A stretch of 64,000 nt of DNA from the NCBI RefSeq assembly GCF_018350175.1, contig NC_058373.1, positions 114,330,001 through 114,394,000 on the forward strand. The letters run 5' to 3'. Both the position numbers and the translations under genes were made by a program. The notes beneath the pieces were generated by a model. It was given only the letters and a program-made list of their open reading frames with translations. It did no database searches and was not told the DNA's origin. Below are positions 35,211-47,370 of this stretch, piece after piece. The DNA comes from Felis catus. Lineage: Eukaryota. Every line of letters begins with the position of its first letter. The stretch's first letter is position 1.

Positions 35211-36543
35211 GGTTCTAAGTGGCCACTCTGGCCCCTTGGGGCTTAATAAAGGGGTGGGCCTGTCCTAAGAAAGGGGCTGCGGAAAGGTCTTGATCAGCAC
35301 ACAGTGAAAGACCAGGGCCTTAGAGAAGGCTGCAGACTCAGCTCACTGTGACTGCTACGGAGCCCTCTTGGTCCCTCTGTACCTGGCTCTTGTGCCCTGG
35401 ATGACACAGCTTTATCTCACAGCAGTGGTTGGTGCCTCCGAACCACCTGACATTCGAGCTAACCTGACAGGTGTGGGAGCTAGGGGTTCTCTTTATACGT
35501 GGACCTAAAACTCAATAATGGGCTGACATTCCTGAGAGGACTCACTCTGGCCAGCCTGACGCCATGGAAGTGGTGAGCGAAATGTGGTCAGGCGGACCTG
35601 CGGTTGAGTCCCAGCTCTGCCCCTGATCACCTGTGTGACCCTGGGAGAAAATGCTTGGAACTCTGGCTCTTCAATTACAAAATAACAACATTCCCCGTGC
35701 CGTTGGGAAGGTAAAATGAGGCACTGTGCTTACTTACCCCATTGTGGAAATGCACATTTTTACTTCCCTTCCTCTGGCATGGAATACAAGTTTTCCAAAG
35801 GTAATGAAAATTAAGCAGCTCTAGAAGCGATTACGAAAGCTAAGACGCTCTAGAGAGGAGGAAAGCTTCTGCTCCATGAATCACAGATATTGAACGTTCG
35901 GTAGAATGAAGACCAGCTTGATTCGATTCAATTCAACTCAACTCAAAGAAAACCTGCTTACAAGGCCCCTACTACGTGCATGGATAAACACCATGGGGAA
36001 GGGAAGGTAGCAAAATTCCAATTTCATACCTCTCTCTTTTTGTTCTTTTAGAACTTTGTGTATAAAGCAATGATTTCTTAAAGTCTTTAAAGTCTTGCCC
36101 TGTCAATCGCTCGATTCAGATGGAACAAGCTTCTAACAAGGGGAGGAAATTAATATTGCTTGAGTTCCAACACTGTCAGGTGCCTTCACATGCTTTTTAG
36201 TGAAATCGCAGCCACCACCCTGTGATGTCGTTTTTCTGAACACATCACTGAAACGAAGCCCCATCTCAAGAATCCCAGCAGGCAGGGCCTCCGTGAAAGA
36301 CTGGAAAATCCCAGAGCCTCAGAGCACACTTAATCTGCCATGACTTGGGGGTGGGAGAAAATACCAGAGGAGCCGATTCAGACCGATTCCTAAGCCCTAA
36401 ACATATGGCACCATCTGCGGTGTGATTCAAGATAAAAACACTATGAACTGACAAAATGAAAAACTTGCATGTATTCAGATGTCAAAATCATTTCTTTCTA
36501 GATGTTTCCAAACACAATATTCTGGATAACTTTATAGGAGCTG

Positions 36544-36582
<39 letters not shown>

Positions 36583-37149
36583 TCATTGCTTTGGGGCCCC
36601 TGACTTACTGGCATCCTAATGAGGCACTTGGTCTGCCTATTGGGTTGGGCAACCGCCAGCGTCTGCTGTGTCCTCACAAGATCAGGGGTGAATGAGCTTA
36701 GGAAGGCCAGCCTTCCCTGCTGATAAGGAGTTGATTGACTCTAAGCGTTTCATAGGGGCACCCCCTTATAAGCACTATTTACAGAAGCAGAAAAACCAAT
36801 GAGGCCCACGAGATAACGAGATAGAGAGATAACTAGAGAACCGTTTCAAGGTCAGTGGGTTTGTTGGATGCTCAAAGTCGCCTTCATTTCTTTTTTCCTC
36901 TCTCACATGAAAAGAGAGACATGAGTTTCTCTGTGGTTCCGTGCAATATCTAGGTTCAGGTAGAAATCCCCGGTCCCCCTTGAAGAAGCTACCAGTGCTC
37001 AGAGAGCCATGCATCCTGCTGCTTCTCTCCAATAGGTTTTGTGACCATGGTTTTGAGAACCTCTAGGAAGATATTGAAAGAACACAGTCTCAAAAAAATA
37101 TGCAGCCTCAAAAAAAAAAAAAAAACACAAAAAACCAGCTTCGACATTG

Positions 37150-38050
37150 TAGAGAATGCATGGCAAAAAAAGCATACCGTCCATTGTTGGCAAGGACATG
37201 GGGACATACAAATTCTCATAAACTGTTGGAGAAAGTATAAGTTGATACAATCTTTTTTTTCTTTTTTGGAGAGCAATTTACAAAACCTTTCGAAATGTTA
37301 AATGTGTAAACATCCCCTTCGACTCAGTTATTTCATGTCTAGAATTTTATCCTACAGAGATCCATTCACACAACTGCTCAAAGATATACGAGCAAAGACA
37401 TTCACTGCAGTCATTTTTATCATGTTTTTTTAAAAACTGGAAATAAATGTCCATCAATGGAAGGAGCAGTTAAGTGACACATAGTATATCTGTTTTATGG
37501 CAGACTATGCAGCAGTTTAAAAAAATAAGGTTAAGATCCATCGACGTGCAATGACACGGAAAGAAGGCCACAATCACTCATTAAGTTAGAAACACAAGTT
37601 TTCAAACAGTATGAACCAAACTATCATTTTTTAAAAGTTTATTTATTGGGGGGGGGGGTGCACAGAGAGAGGGAGAGAGAGAGAGAGACAGAGAATCCCA
37701 AGCAGGCTCCACACTGCCAGCTCAGAGCATGACACAAGCTCGACGCAAGGCTCAAACTCACGAACCGCAAGATCATGACGCGAGCCCAAACCAAGAGTGG
37801 GACACTCAACCGACTGAGCCACCCAGGGGCCCCCAAATGATCATTTTTTTTAAAAAAAGTATGCATATACATATTTGTATAAGCATAGGAAATACAAGAA
37901 GATATTAAGTCATGGGGGTAGGGGCCAAAGGGTGTCTCCAGATGATAGAAGGGGGTAGAATGGTAGGGGAACGGGAAACTTTTATTTGTTGTTTTTCTAT
38001 GTCAAATGTATACATTTTGATATAAGGAACATATGTGACTTTCATAATAA
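37150..38050 (+). mobile_element. Old L1ME fragment (ORF2 end and 3' UTR)
   Basis: TGTTGGCAAGGA...TTTTGGAGAGCAATTT...CTAGAATTTTATCCTACAGA...AAATGTCCATCAAT. Confidence 0.75.
37633..37834 (-). mobile_element. SINEC inside the L1
   Basis: GAGAATCCCAAGCAGGCTCC...ACTGAGCCACCCAGGGGCCCC; degenerate TSD AAACTATCATTTTTT / AAATGATCATTTTTT. Confidence 0.93.
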
Positions 38051-38054
38051 TGTT

Positions 38055-38085
<31 letters not shown>

Positions 38086-38650
38086 TTTTTTAACAATGTA
38101 CAGAGGCCTTTGACAATGGGCCTTTTGATGGTGTTTTATCAACAAACATATGCCATGATCAGAGTCAAGGCCACCTTACCTTCTTGAGCGCTGTTTCTGA
38201 GCATGACTGAACCTGAAGCTTTCGGAAAGAGATTCATGTTCACCTGCTGCCAGGGAGAGAGGATGTTCACTGCTGTCTGCTTGGTGGGGACAGAAAGAGC
38301 TTTGCAGTTTACACAGTGCCTTCACTACCTTATCTCGCCACAGCCTGTGAGAGAGACGGAACAGGAATTTTTATTTCCATTTCTACAGGGGAGGCTTGGC
38401 GAGGTTAGTGAACCAGCCCCCGGTCACAGGATTGGAACGTCCAACAACTGGCCTGGGTTAGAAGCAAGCAATCGCCCGGACCTGTGGCAAGCCCAGGCCG
38501 GGGCTGGCTGTCTCCGGCCGGGGCTCAGGAAAAACAGCTCACATTGCCTCTAATTTTTCATTGTCAAGCCATCTGACACATTCCAGCAGTTAAATCTGAC
38601 GTGTCAGGGATCCATTTGGGTTCTCCACCATCTGCTGTTCAGAAATGCTT

Positions 38651-39083
38651 TTCTATGGGCAGAATTGTGTGTCTTCTCAGCCCTAAATGCATATATCGAA
38701 GTTCTGACAAGCCCGCCCCAGCCCCCCATCTCAGAATGTGACCGTATTTGGAGATAGGGTCTTTAAAAAGGTACTTAAGTGAAAATTAGGTCATTAGGGT
38801 AGGTTCTAACCCAATATGATTGGTGTCCTTATAAGAAGAGGGAATTTGAACACAAACAGGTACAGAAAGAAGGTAACGTGGAGACGCAGGGAGAAGACAG
38901 GCGTCTGTAATGCCCAGGAGAAAGGCCCAGAACGGATCCTTCGCTCACGGCCCTCAGAAGGAAGCAATCCTGTCGACCCTTGATCTCAGATTTCTAATCC
39001 CCAGAATTGAGACAATAAATTTCTATTGTTTAAGCCACCTGGTCTGTGGTACTTTCCTACGGCAGTGCTAGCACACCGATGCA
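38651..39083 (+). mobile_element. MLT1B MaLR solo LTR
   Basis: CTCAGAATGTGACCGTATTTGGAGATAGGGTCTTTAAA...GGTGTCCTTATAAGAAGAGG...AATAAATTTCTATTGTTTAAGCCACC; 5-bp TSD TGCTT / TGCCT. Confidence 0.92.
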
Positions 39084-39265
39084 TGCCTCTTTCAGAAAAC
39101 AGCTGTTTTCCGGATCTCCAGCTCCCTGAGAGAGAACCTCACCATCCCGTACAAATCGTAATATCATCGAAAAACCTCTCAAGAGACCTGCGTCAAAATG
39201 GTCCAGCTCTGCAAAATAATCAGCTGTATCATCCCATGCTAAGAATTCTTTAGGTGAAAACTCTT

Positions 39266-39289
39266 TTTTTTTTAAGTTTATGTATTTAT

Positions 39290-39321
<32 letters not shown>

Positions 39322-39486
39322 CATGAGTGGGGGTGGGGGCAAAGAGAGGAGAGGAGAATCCTCTCTTTTGAGAGGAGAGAGAATCCCAAGCAGGGATGGT
39401 GGGGCTCGATCTCATGGACCGTGAGATCTTGACCTGAGCAAAATCAAGAGTCTGACCTTTAACTGACCAAGCCACCCAGGTGTCCC
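39266..39486 (-). mobile_element. SINEC
   Basis: Antisense body; TSD TAGGTGAAAACTCTT / TAGGTGGACCCTCTT. Confidence 0.92.
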
Positions 39487-39759
39487 TAGGTGGACCCTCT
39501 TAACGATGACGGAGGGGGACAAATGTGTGCTGGATAACTCTAGAAGTTCATCAACTACCTAGGTGAAGAGTGGTAGTAAGTGCTTTCAAGAAGGTTCTGG
39601 TCCCCTCGGAAGGTGAAGAACCCAGCATTGCTCTGCGTCAGGGTCCTTAGTCTGTTAACAGACAAAATGAAACCCCTCAGCATATGAATCTCCCCAAATG
39701 GGGAGCCCTTTAATTTGTTCCAAAAAAAACAATGTTTCCATTTGAAAACTATGGGTCTT

Positions 39760-40430
39760 GGGGGTTTATGATGAAAATAATACTCGGCTTTAGAAATTTT
39801 AGAAAATATAAAAAATGAAAAAAGAAGAAAATCACCATAACCCTGCCACTCTGAGACCGCCTCTGTTTACATTTCTGTACAGTTTTGCTTTGTTTTACAT
39901 AGTTTTATTTCATAATTGGATGCAGAGTTCTATATGCAATCTTGCATACTTTTTTATTTTAAAGCATTCCTCCATGTTATTACAATCTGTCTATAAACAT
40001 CATTTTAAAGGACTGCAAAATATCCCATTACGTTGATCGGCCTTCTCAGATGTGAACTGCAAAACATCTGCATTGGAATTATACAGGGCATGTTAAAAAT
40101 GCAGATTTCTGGATCTTATCCCAGATGAATTAAATCCATCTCTGGGGGTGGAGGCTGGGAATCCTCATCCTAATAAGTTTCTCAAGCAATTCATAAAGCT
40201 ACAAAAATTTGAAAACCAATGAATCTGTTGTAACCATAGTTTTATATCCCCTTACCCCAAATGCTGGACCTTTTGGTTGTTTGCAATTTTTCCTTTTATA
40301 AATAACGATATGAAGAACATCTCTGTGCATGAAGCATTTTGTAAATCTCATTGCATTGCCTTAGGATAGTTTCCCAGCAGTGATCTTATTTTGAAAGATG
40401 GGAACATTTTAAAGGTTCTCAATAGACACA
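39760..40430 (-). mobile_element. Old L1ME fragment with nested MER5
   Basis: AAAATCACCATAACCCTGCCACTCTGAGA...GGTTGTTTGCAATTTT...CTTAGGATAGTTTCCCAG. Confidence 0.65.
40037..40221. mobile_element. MER5A/B (hAT-Charlie)
   Basis: TGTTAAAAATGCAGATTTCTGG...TCTCTGGGGGTGGAGGCTGGGAATC...TTTGAAAACCAATG. Confidence 0.8.
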
Positions 40431-41139
40431 CGACACACCGGTACATGCATTTATCCACACAGTCTGCTCAGGTCTCAGGGAGAAATAGTTGCCATATTTT
40501 TGGTTTATACTAACTTTTATTTTCCACCTTTTTCCCCCGATAGTGTTCTATCTTTACTACAGAAAATATTGAGCTGGGTCACACCAAAGTAGGCAAAAAC
40601 TGAGCACGTGGTTAATAAAATGTCCTTTATCGATGCATACAAGACTCTGGCCTAACCCCACGGCAAACCAGGGCACCAGATATCCACGGGCACTCTGAGG
40701 ATTCCAGACACTAACCAGAACTCAAAACAGACACCGCAGTGCCCCAATGCACCCGTGTCTCACATGCCACAAGAGCAGTGCTCTCCTGGATTCAAGGTAA
40801 TGACCAACACTGGAAGGAAAATGCACAGTGAGAGTGAGTATAGGTAGGGACCGGGTCACCCTCCCTGCTGAGGAGGAATCAGCACAGCAGCTGGCAAGGT
40901 TTAGGGATCCTGGTGAGGAAAATTGGCTCACAGGGCCACGGTGGGCTCAGAGTGAGGCAGCTTAAAAGCTGCCAAGGGGTCAGAAACAGCCACCCAATGG
41001 AATGTCAAAAGCATGGAAAACGTTCTGTTTTTAGACTACGTGTTGAAATGGCTGGGGGGAGAGGAAATAATATAAAGATATGGGCAACCTAAAGCAGCCC
41101 CCTCTGCCACCGGATCAGGGCAGGGAGAACTCATGCATT

Positions 41140-41390
41140 TGTTTAACTAGACTTTATACAGCATTTGCCATGTGCTGGGTAGGCATTGGTCTAAAAGTTT
41201 TATGAATGCCCACTTATTCAATCCCCACAAGCAAGTCTTTAAATATCATCACCCGCATTCTACAGATGAGGAAACTGGGACACAGAGAGGTTAAGTAACT
41301 TGCCTAAAGTCACACAGCTAGTACGTAATGGAGCCAGTGTTTAATTCCAAGCGGTCTGGTTCTTGAGTCCATGCTTTGGGCCACTACTCT
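41140..41390 (-). mobile_element. MIR, near full length
   Basis: TACAGATGAGGAAACTGGGACACAGAGAGGTTAAGTAACTTGCCTAAAGTCACACAGCTAGTA. Confidence 0.9.
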
Positions 41391-42802
41391 ACACTACCTT
41401 GGAAGAAAGGACTAAGGTGATGGGGAACCCAGCATACGGAAAGAAAGAACAGTGAACGGAGCCCAAACCACAGTCAACTAAGTGGCATTCAGAACACAGA
41501 TGCTGTCTGCTGACCCTCACATGCCAGCACGTTCTAGAAAACTCGGGTTGGTCATTACCAACGAGCCTATCACCAGTCTTCTCCTCCCCCACCAGCCCCA
41601 CATCTTTGGTCACCCTGCCTGCTGACCTCAGACCGCGGTGCCCAGACTGGGGCGCCCTCTCCCTAGTACAAAACTTCTCCCCTTGGGGGCCGCCTTTGCG
41701 TTTTATATGAAGGACTGCAAAATCCATCGTCAGAACCCCTCAGTCCTTGCCTCCAAGGCCTTCCACCACTGCAACTAATTATTTGTGCTGTAAACGCGCA
41801 TGTGGAAACAATCCACAGGATTTCCCATCAAACCTGGCGGCTGGCAGCTCACAGGCCTGGGTAGAGCAAGCCTGCCTCCCCTTTTAAACAAACACATTAA
41901 GTTAATAACAACACAGACCACGTTTGACAGCCACATTTACTAGTTAATTCTCATTCGTTCCTTCTGGTAGGAAGGGGGGAGGACTTGCCCAATTTACAGC
42001 AGAACTGAAGCTCCAAACCCATTTCTCTTAAGGTGGCACCAAAAAGTTATTGGAAAGGTTAACTGAGAACCTTCCTCCCCATTCAGCCTTGCCCTCTGAA
42101 CCGGTGGCTTTGTGTACCTTTACCTTAAGCTCCCCAGAGGCCGTGTTTGAGATGGAGAAGATCCTAGACTCTCCTCCTGCTCACTCCAGGTGGTGGCCAG
42201 CCCTGCCCCTTGACATGAGTGTAGGCTGTGGCTCACAACCACTCCTCCCATTCACCAGGCAGCACCATGCACTAGGTGATCTCATTTCCATCCTCACAAA
42301 CACTCCTAAGGAGGCTTGGTCACGATCCCCGTCACAGCTGAGCAACCCTGGCTGAGAGGTCAAATGACATGCTCAAGGTCACCCGGCTCAGCAGCAGCAA
42401 GACCTATTGTCTACAGCCTCTCCCTTTGCCCGGGGATGATTGGTTAAGAAATTTGTTCTAGCTGATGTAATAAGCAGCTTCCGGGAGAACAGAAGTCCCC
42501 GCTCCTGGCCTTGAGCTCTGACCACAGAACCCTCCCTCTCTCCCCATACTTGCCTCCAAAGGCCTTTGGGTTCTGAGCATTTAAGTGAAGAACTGTTTGC
42601 GGGCCCTGAAGGAAGGAAGGAGGATTACCCTGTGGGAACCTGCTCCTCCTCTACAACCTTTGTTCCCTTAATCCAAATAATATCCAGAGAATGCTGTTGC
42701 CTGGGCCAGAAACCCCCAGATGTCTACAACCACGTCTTTGGGTCTATATTGGACTTCTGCCCCAAGTTCACGGCACCGCGAGGTTAAGAAAGGGCAGCTG
42801 CT

Positions 42803-43033
42803 GGGGCGCCTGGGTGGCTCAGTTGTTTAAGCATCTGACTTCGGCCCAGGTCATGATCTCGAGGTCCATGAGTTCGAGCCCCGCGTCGGGCTCTGTGCTG
42901 ACAGCTCAGAGCCTGGAGCCTGTTTCAGATTCTGTCTCCCTCTCTCTCTCTGACCCTCCCCCATTCATGCTCTGTCTCTCTCTGTCTCAAAAATAAATAA
43001 ACGTAAGAACAAAAAAAAGAAAAAAAAAAAAAA
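42803..43033 (+). mobile_element. SINEC
   Basis: TSD AAGAAAGGGCAGCTGC (42786) / AAGAAAGGGCATCTGC (43032). Confidence 0.96.
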
Positions 43034-43089
43034 GAAAGGGCATCTGCCCACTCCTCTTGCCCTCAAGCTCTGTCTTCTCTCCCTTCGGT

Positions 43090-43300
43090 AGCAGTTACTG
43101 AGCATTTTCAATGTGCCAAATGTTCCACTAGGACCACTGACATTCTAGATCATGTTTAGTTCTTGCAACAATCTGACAAGGCATGTATCATCGTAGGACT
43201 GGTTTTATGGATGTGAAAACTGAGGCACAGAGCTTCTTTGCGTGACAAAGGTCACATGGCTGACGTGTAGATCACAAGGATCTGCCTTCGGACTCTGGGT
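43090..43300 (-). mobile_element. MIR
   Basis: TTTTATGGATGTGAAAACTGAGGCACAGAG...AAGGTCACATGGCT. Confidence 0.75.
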
Positions 43301-43846
43301 TTCAAGAAACTTGTCTCCGGATGATAGGCACCTTACACAAGCCCCCACCTCTTACCCTGTCATCACAGAGGGTGCTGACCTCTCAGGGCCAATGGTCCCA
43401 CGGTCACATTTTTCAGCTGCTGACAGCCTGTGAGGCTGCTTATAGAGATGTGTCATTTTCCAAAAAGACCCAGGGGCTCCTGTGCAGAAACCAACACCCT
43501 CACTCTCTCCTGGCTGCCAGGCAAGGGGAATCTGCTCACTCCAAGGGCTGAGAGCCCCAGGTTTCTGAGGTTATACTAAGAAAAAACGGAAGTGCACTTG
43601 GCTTCCTGCTCAGTCTGAGCCTGGCTAACCGCGTCCCACCTGGGACCAGCATGGCGGCCAAGACCTAATGAGTAATCATACCTTCGGGCTCTTCTTGAAC
43701 CTCAAACCTCCATATTTTCCTCGGGCCTCATAAAGGACCACAACTCTCTGACAAATGGGACTTCCTGTATCCTCATGATACCCTCATGAGCCAGAGGGAC
43801 AGGGGTGACCAAAGGGACCCTTCTTTTTAAAAGACGGAGACGCCGT

Positions 43847-44086
43847 GGGGCGCCTGGGTGGCTCAGTTAAGCGTCCGACTTCCGCTCCGGTCATGATCTC
43901 ACGGTGTGTGAGTTCGAGCCCCTCGTCGGGCTCTGTGCTGACAGCTCAGAGCCTGGAGGCTGCTTCGGATTCTGTGTCTCACTCTCTCTCTGCTCCTCCC
44001 CCACTTGTGCTCTGTCTCTGTCTACCAAAACTAAATAAATGTAAAAAAATAAATTAATTAATTAAATAAAAAAGCGTTAAAAAAAA
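43847..44086 (+). mobile_element. SINEC
   Basis: TSD AAAAGACGGAGACGCCG (43829) / AAAAGATGGAGACACCG (44083). Confidence 0.95.
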
Positions 44087-45574
44087 GATGGAGACACCGA
44101 GTCACAGAGGGGAGACTGAGCTTGCCAGCAGTGAGCCGCAAGAACTGAAACTCAGGTCCCGTTATCTGTGAAGAGGCCACAGGCACAAGACCCCTCCACT
44201 CTGCACCCCGGTCTGAGAAAAACTGAATGAGTTGCTAGGTGTCTCAAGGCAGCTGGACTAGAGGTGTGGCTCCAGGGCACTTGTTTAAAGAAAGGCAGTG
44301 GCCCTAATGGGAAACAGCCTAGACGACAGTCGGAGCGAAGTGAACAGTTCGGCCATTATCTGCAAGCTGGCCTGCCTCCCCCTCCCCCCCCCCCCCCCCT
44401 TAACTGCCCTGCCCCGAGATAACAACAGTGGCCTCCTGTGGACTCCGCCTTTCCTCCCTGCTGGGATCCAAACACCAGATAGCAAAAATACTGTTTGCCT
44501 AGAGAGCTTAGTTTTAACCCCGTGCTAGCCTGGCGGTGCTGGCAAACTCCAGCTGGGGGATTTCTCTCCTCCTCGCCTGCCTCAGACAGAGCCGCTCAGC
44601 AGAGAGCTGGTTGCCAGACAGGCCTGTGAAACAGAGAGGCCTGTGTCACCGAGTGGAGGTCACGTAGCTGGCTCCAGCCTCCTTAGAGGATCTCCCTAGG
44701 TTGTACCTGGGCCTTAGGATCTCCCTTGAGATACCCCACAGGACAAGCAAGGCCTGAGGGGGTACCTGGGGATTTGGATTCCCTCCTCACGGCCCCAGCT
44801 CCTAACTCTGCTCTTCCAGGCCCTCTCCCCCCACTCCTTTCCCTCAGCTGGCCTCTAATGACACCACTGCCCACCCACTTGGTCCCCTCATTTGGACCCA
44901 TTCAGGCAAGCCCTAGGCCCCCCTTTCCTACCAGGCTTTTAGGCCCACCGCTGGTAAATGGCTTCTGTAGCGAACACTGGAGCTATAAGGACCCTAAAGA
45001 GCCACCGTCAGCCTTTTCTATGTGAGGAAACTGTGACCAAGAGAGTCAAAGTGACAGGTCCAGGGCCATCTTTTGGCGATAACAGAGCCAGACTGTTTTC
45101 CAGAAGTTCAAGAAATGTGTGTTCCACCAACCTGCACACAGCAAATCAAATTAAAGTAATTGGGATGGCAGGTGGGGGTGAATGGAGAACAAGGTTTATC
45201 CATTTACTGATGAGGAAACTGAGGCCCAGAGAGGAAAATGAGGCTTTCCGAGGCCCCACGTTCACACTGTTTGTTAGTGTCATCTCTTAGATACAGACTA
45301 AATGGATAAGAGGCCCCTAATCCTATTGGTGACAGCTGATGTCCAGACAGCACGATTTTGTAACCTCAATTAGAGTCACCTATTAACAAGCAGCTCTGAA
45401 AATCCTTCCGCCTGGCTGCCACAAATCCCTCCCGCTATGCGGTACCCTCTGTCCCCAGAGAGCTGCTCACGTGGGGACTCAGCTCCCAAGTCAGAAAGGA
45501 AGCTGACGTTTCTGAGAAGGAACAGGGGCCAGACAGTACTTTCATCTTTTAAAAACTTTAGTGAAGAAAGTTCT

Positions 45575-45789
45575 TTTTTTTTTTTAATTTTGTAATGTTT
45601 TTATTTATTTTTGAGAGAGAGAGAAAGAGTGTGAGCATAAGGGGGGAGGGGTGCAGAGAGAGAGGGAGACACAGAATCTGAAGCAGGCTTCAGGCTCTGA
45701 GCTGTCAGCAGGTCTCGAAGTCATGAACTATTAGATCATGACCTGAGCCGAAGTCGGATGCTTAATCGACTGAGCCACCCAGGCGCCCC
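45575..45789 (-). mobile_element. SINEC
   Basis: Ends GAGCCACCCAGGCGCCCC; TSD AAGAAAGTTCT / AAGAAAATTCT. Confidence 0.95.
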
Positions 45790-45869
45790 AAGAAAATTCT
45801 AAATTATTTAAATGGCCCAATCCCTAGTTGCCTGGAGAATTCTGCTCAATGTTCAGCTGGGGGTAACTT

Positions 45870-46080
45870 GGCACTGGTAAGCCTGGCTTTACATCCCAGC
45901 TCCATAAGTGTGTGAACCTGGTCAAGTTTCTTAGCCACTTTGAGCCTCCATTTTCTCATCTGTCAAATAGGAATATTACCCCCCTTCCTGCCTCTTTGAG
46001 AGATTGAACTTAGAAAATGGATGTAAAAGAATGCTGTGATTTATAAAAGGTTCTACAAACGACAACAAAAATTATTCATT
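45870..46080 (+). mobile_element. MIR
   Basis: ATCCCAGCTCCA...GGTCAAGTTTCTTAGCC...TTTTCTCATCTGTCAAATAGG. Confidence 0.7.
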
Positions 46081-46689
46081 AGTAACATAATATTCTCCTG
46101 GAGTCTGAGGAAGGCCCTTTGTGGGGACGTGGAGGGGGATTTAGGCAACTCAGCCGGGTTGCTCCCAGCAGCCTGATTTCATGAGCCCTAAACCCCCAGT
46201 CATCGAAGCTTCTCTCGTTGTGTCTGGCTCAGTCCATCACCTCTTTCTGACCACCTTGATCCCTGTCTCACCAGCACATGCCACAGTTCCCCTCCCCAAC
46301 AACTGTCAGGCCACCCTGACTGCAGAGGACAGAGCCCCAAGGCCTCCCAAAGAGGAAACGCTTTCCTGGAGGAAAGTTTCCTGGAGGAAACACTTTCCAA
46401 GGAGGAAAGCAAGTGTTTCCTCCTTGCTTTTTCCCTCTCCCAGGTCCCCTCCACTGGGCCACCTGGGGAAGCTGGGGTGGTCTGGCCCTTCCCTGTGCCG
46501 GTGTCAGTGAGAGAACTAGAAGGTGGCTGATGCTCTCTAGTTCTTTAAGAGCAAAGTTTCCAAACCCCTCAGGTAGGTTGGGGGCTTCCTGGGGGAAGGC
46601 TAGAGGCGTGCTTGAGCCAGCCTGGGGGCAACAATCCCTCGGTACCTCCCATTTTCTGAACCCTACGCTAAACCAGAGGGAGGGGCAGG

Positions 46690-46870
46690 AACTAACATTT
46701 ACTAATTCTCTGTTATGTGCCAGGCACTTTGCCCATGGCAGCACTACTTCCTATACCCCACAGAGGGTGTTATTATCTCCGTTTAACAGATGAGGAGAAA
46801 CAGGTTCCAAGATGCTATCCATCATCACACAAAGTGGAAGGGATGGAACGGAATATAAATCCAGCGTTCT
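46690..46870 (-). mobile_element. MIR
   Basis: CTAACATTTACT...TATGTGCCAGGCACT...TTTAACAGATGAGGAGAAACAGG. Confidence 0.7.
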
Positions 46871-47159
46871 CACATCTCGGCGTGGATATGGGGGTGGATT
46901 GCAGACACCACGGTCACTTCCTGAGTCTATATATAGCGGGTTTACTGGAGTAGATGAAAAGAAGGAAAGCATAAAGTTCTACGGACTTCTGGATTTTTGT
47001 ATTATGATCTCACGATGGATACTGGAAGTAAATGTAAAAATAGTTGCTGTTAGCATAGATATCTTTAATTTTGTTGTGTTACCATCTCAGTAACAAACCA
47101 CAAAAAGATTCCCTCCTAACAATTTCCTGTTCCCAAAGTAAGCAGCTGATGCATATAAA

Positions 47160-47370
47160 CAGTAGCAACTAATATTCATCGACCCCTTACTGTGCACAAA
47201 GCCTTATACAGGAATCGCTCATCTAATCCGCCAACAGCCTATGCAAGAAGTACTCTTGTTACCTGTTTTACAGATGAGGACACTGAGGTGTAAAAGCGAT
47301 TTCCTCCAGGTCGCTGAGGTGGTCAGAAAATCTAAAACCCCTATGGTCTGATACTGGAGCCCGTACCCTG
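47160..47370 (-). mobile_element. MIR
   Basis: TTTTACAGATGAGGACACTGAGG. Confidence 0.75.
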
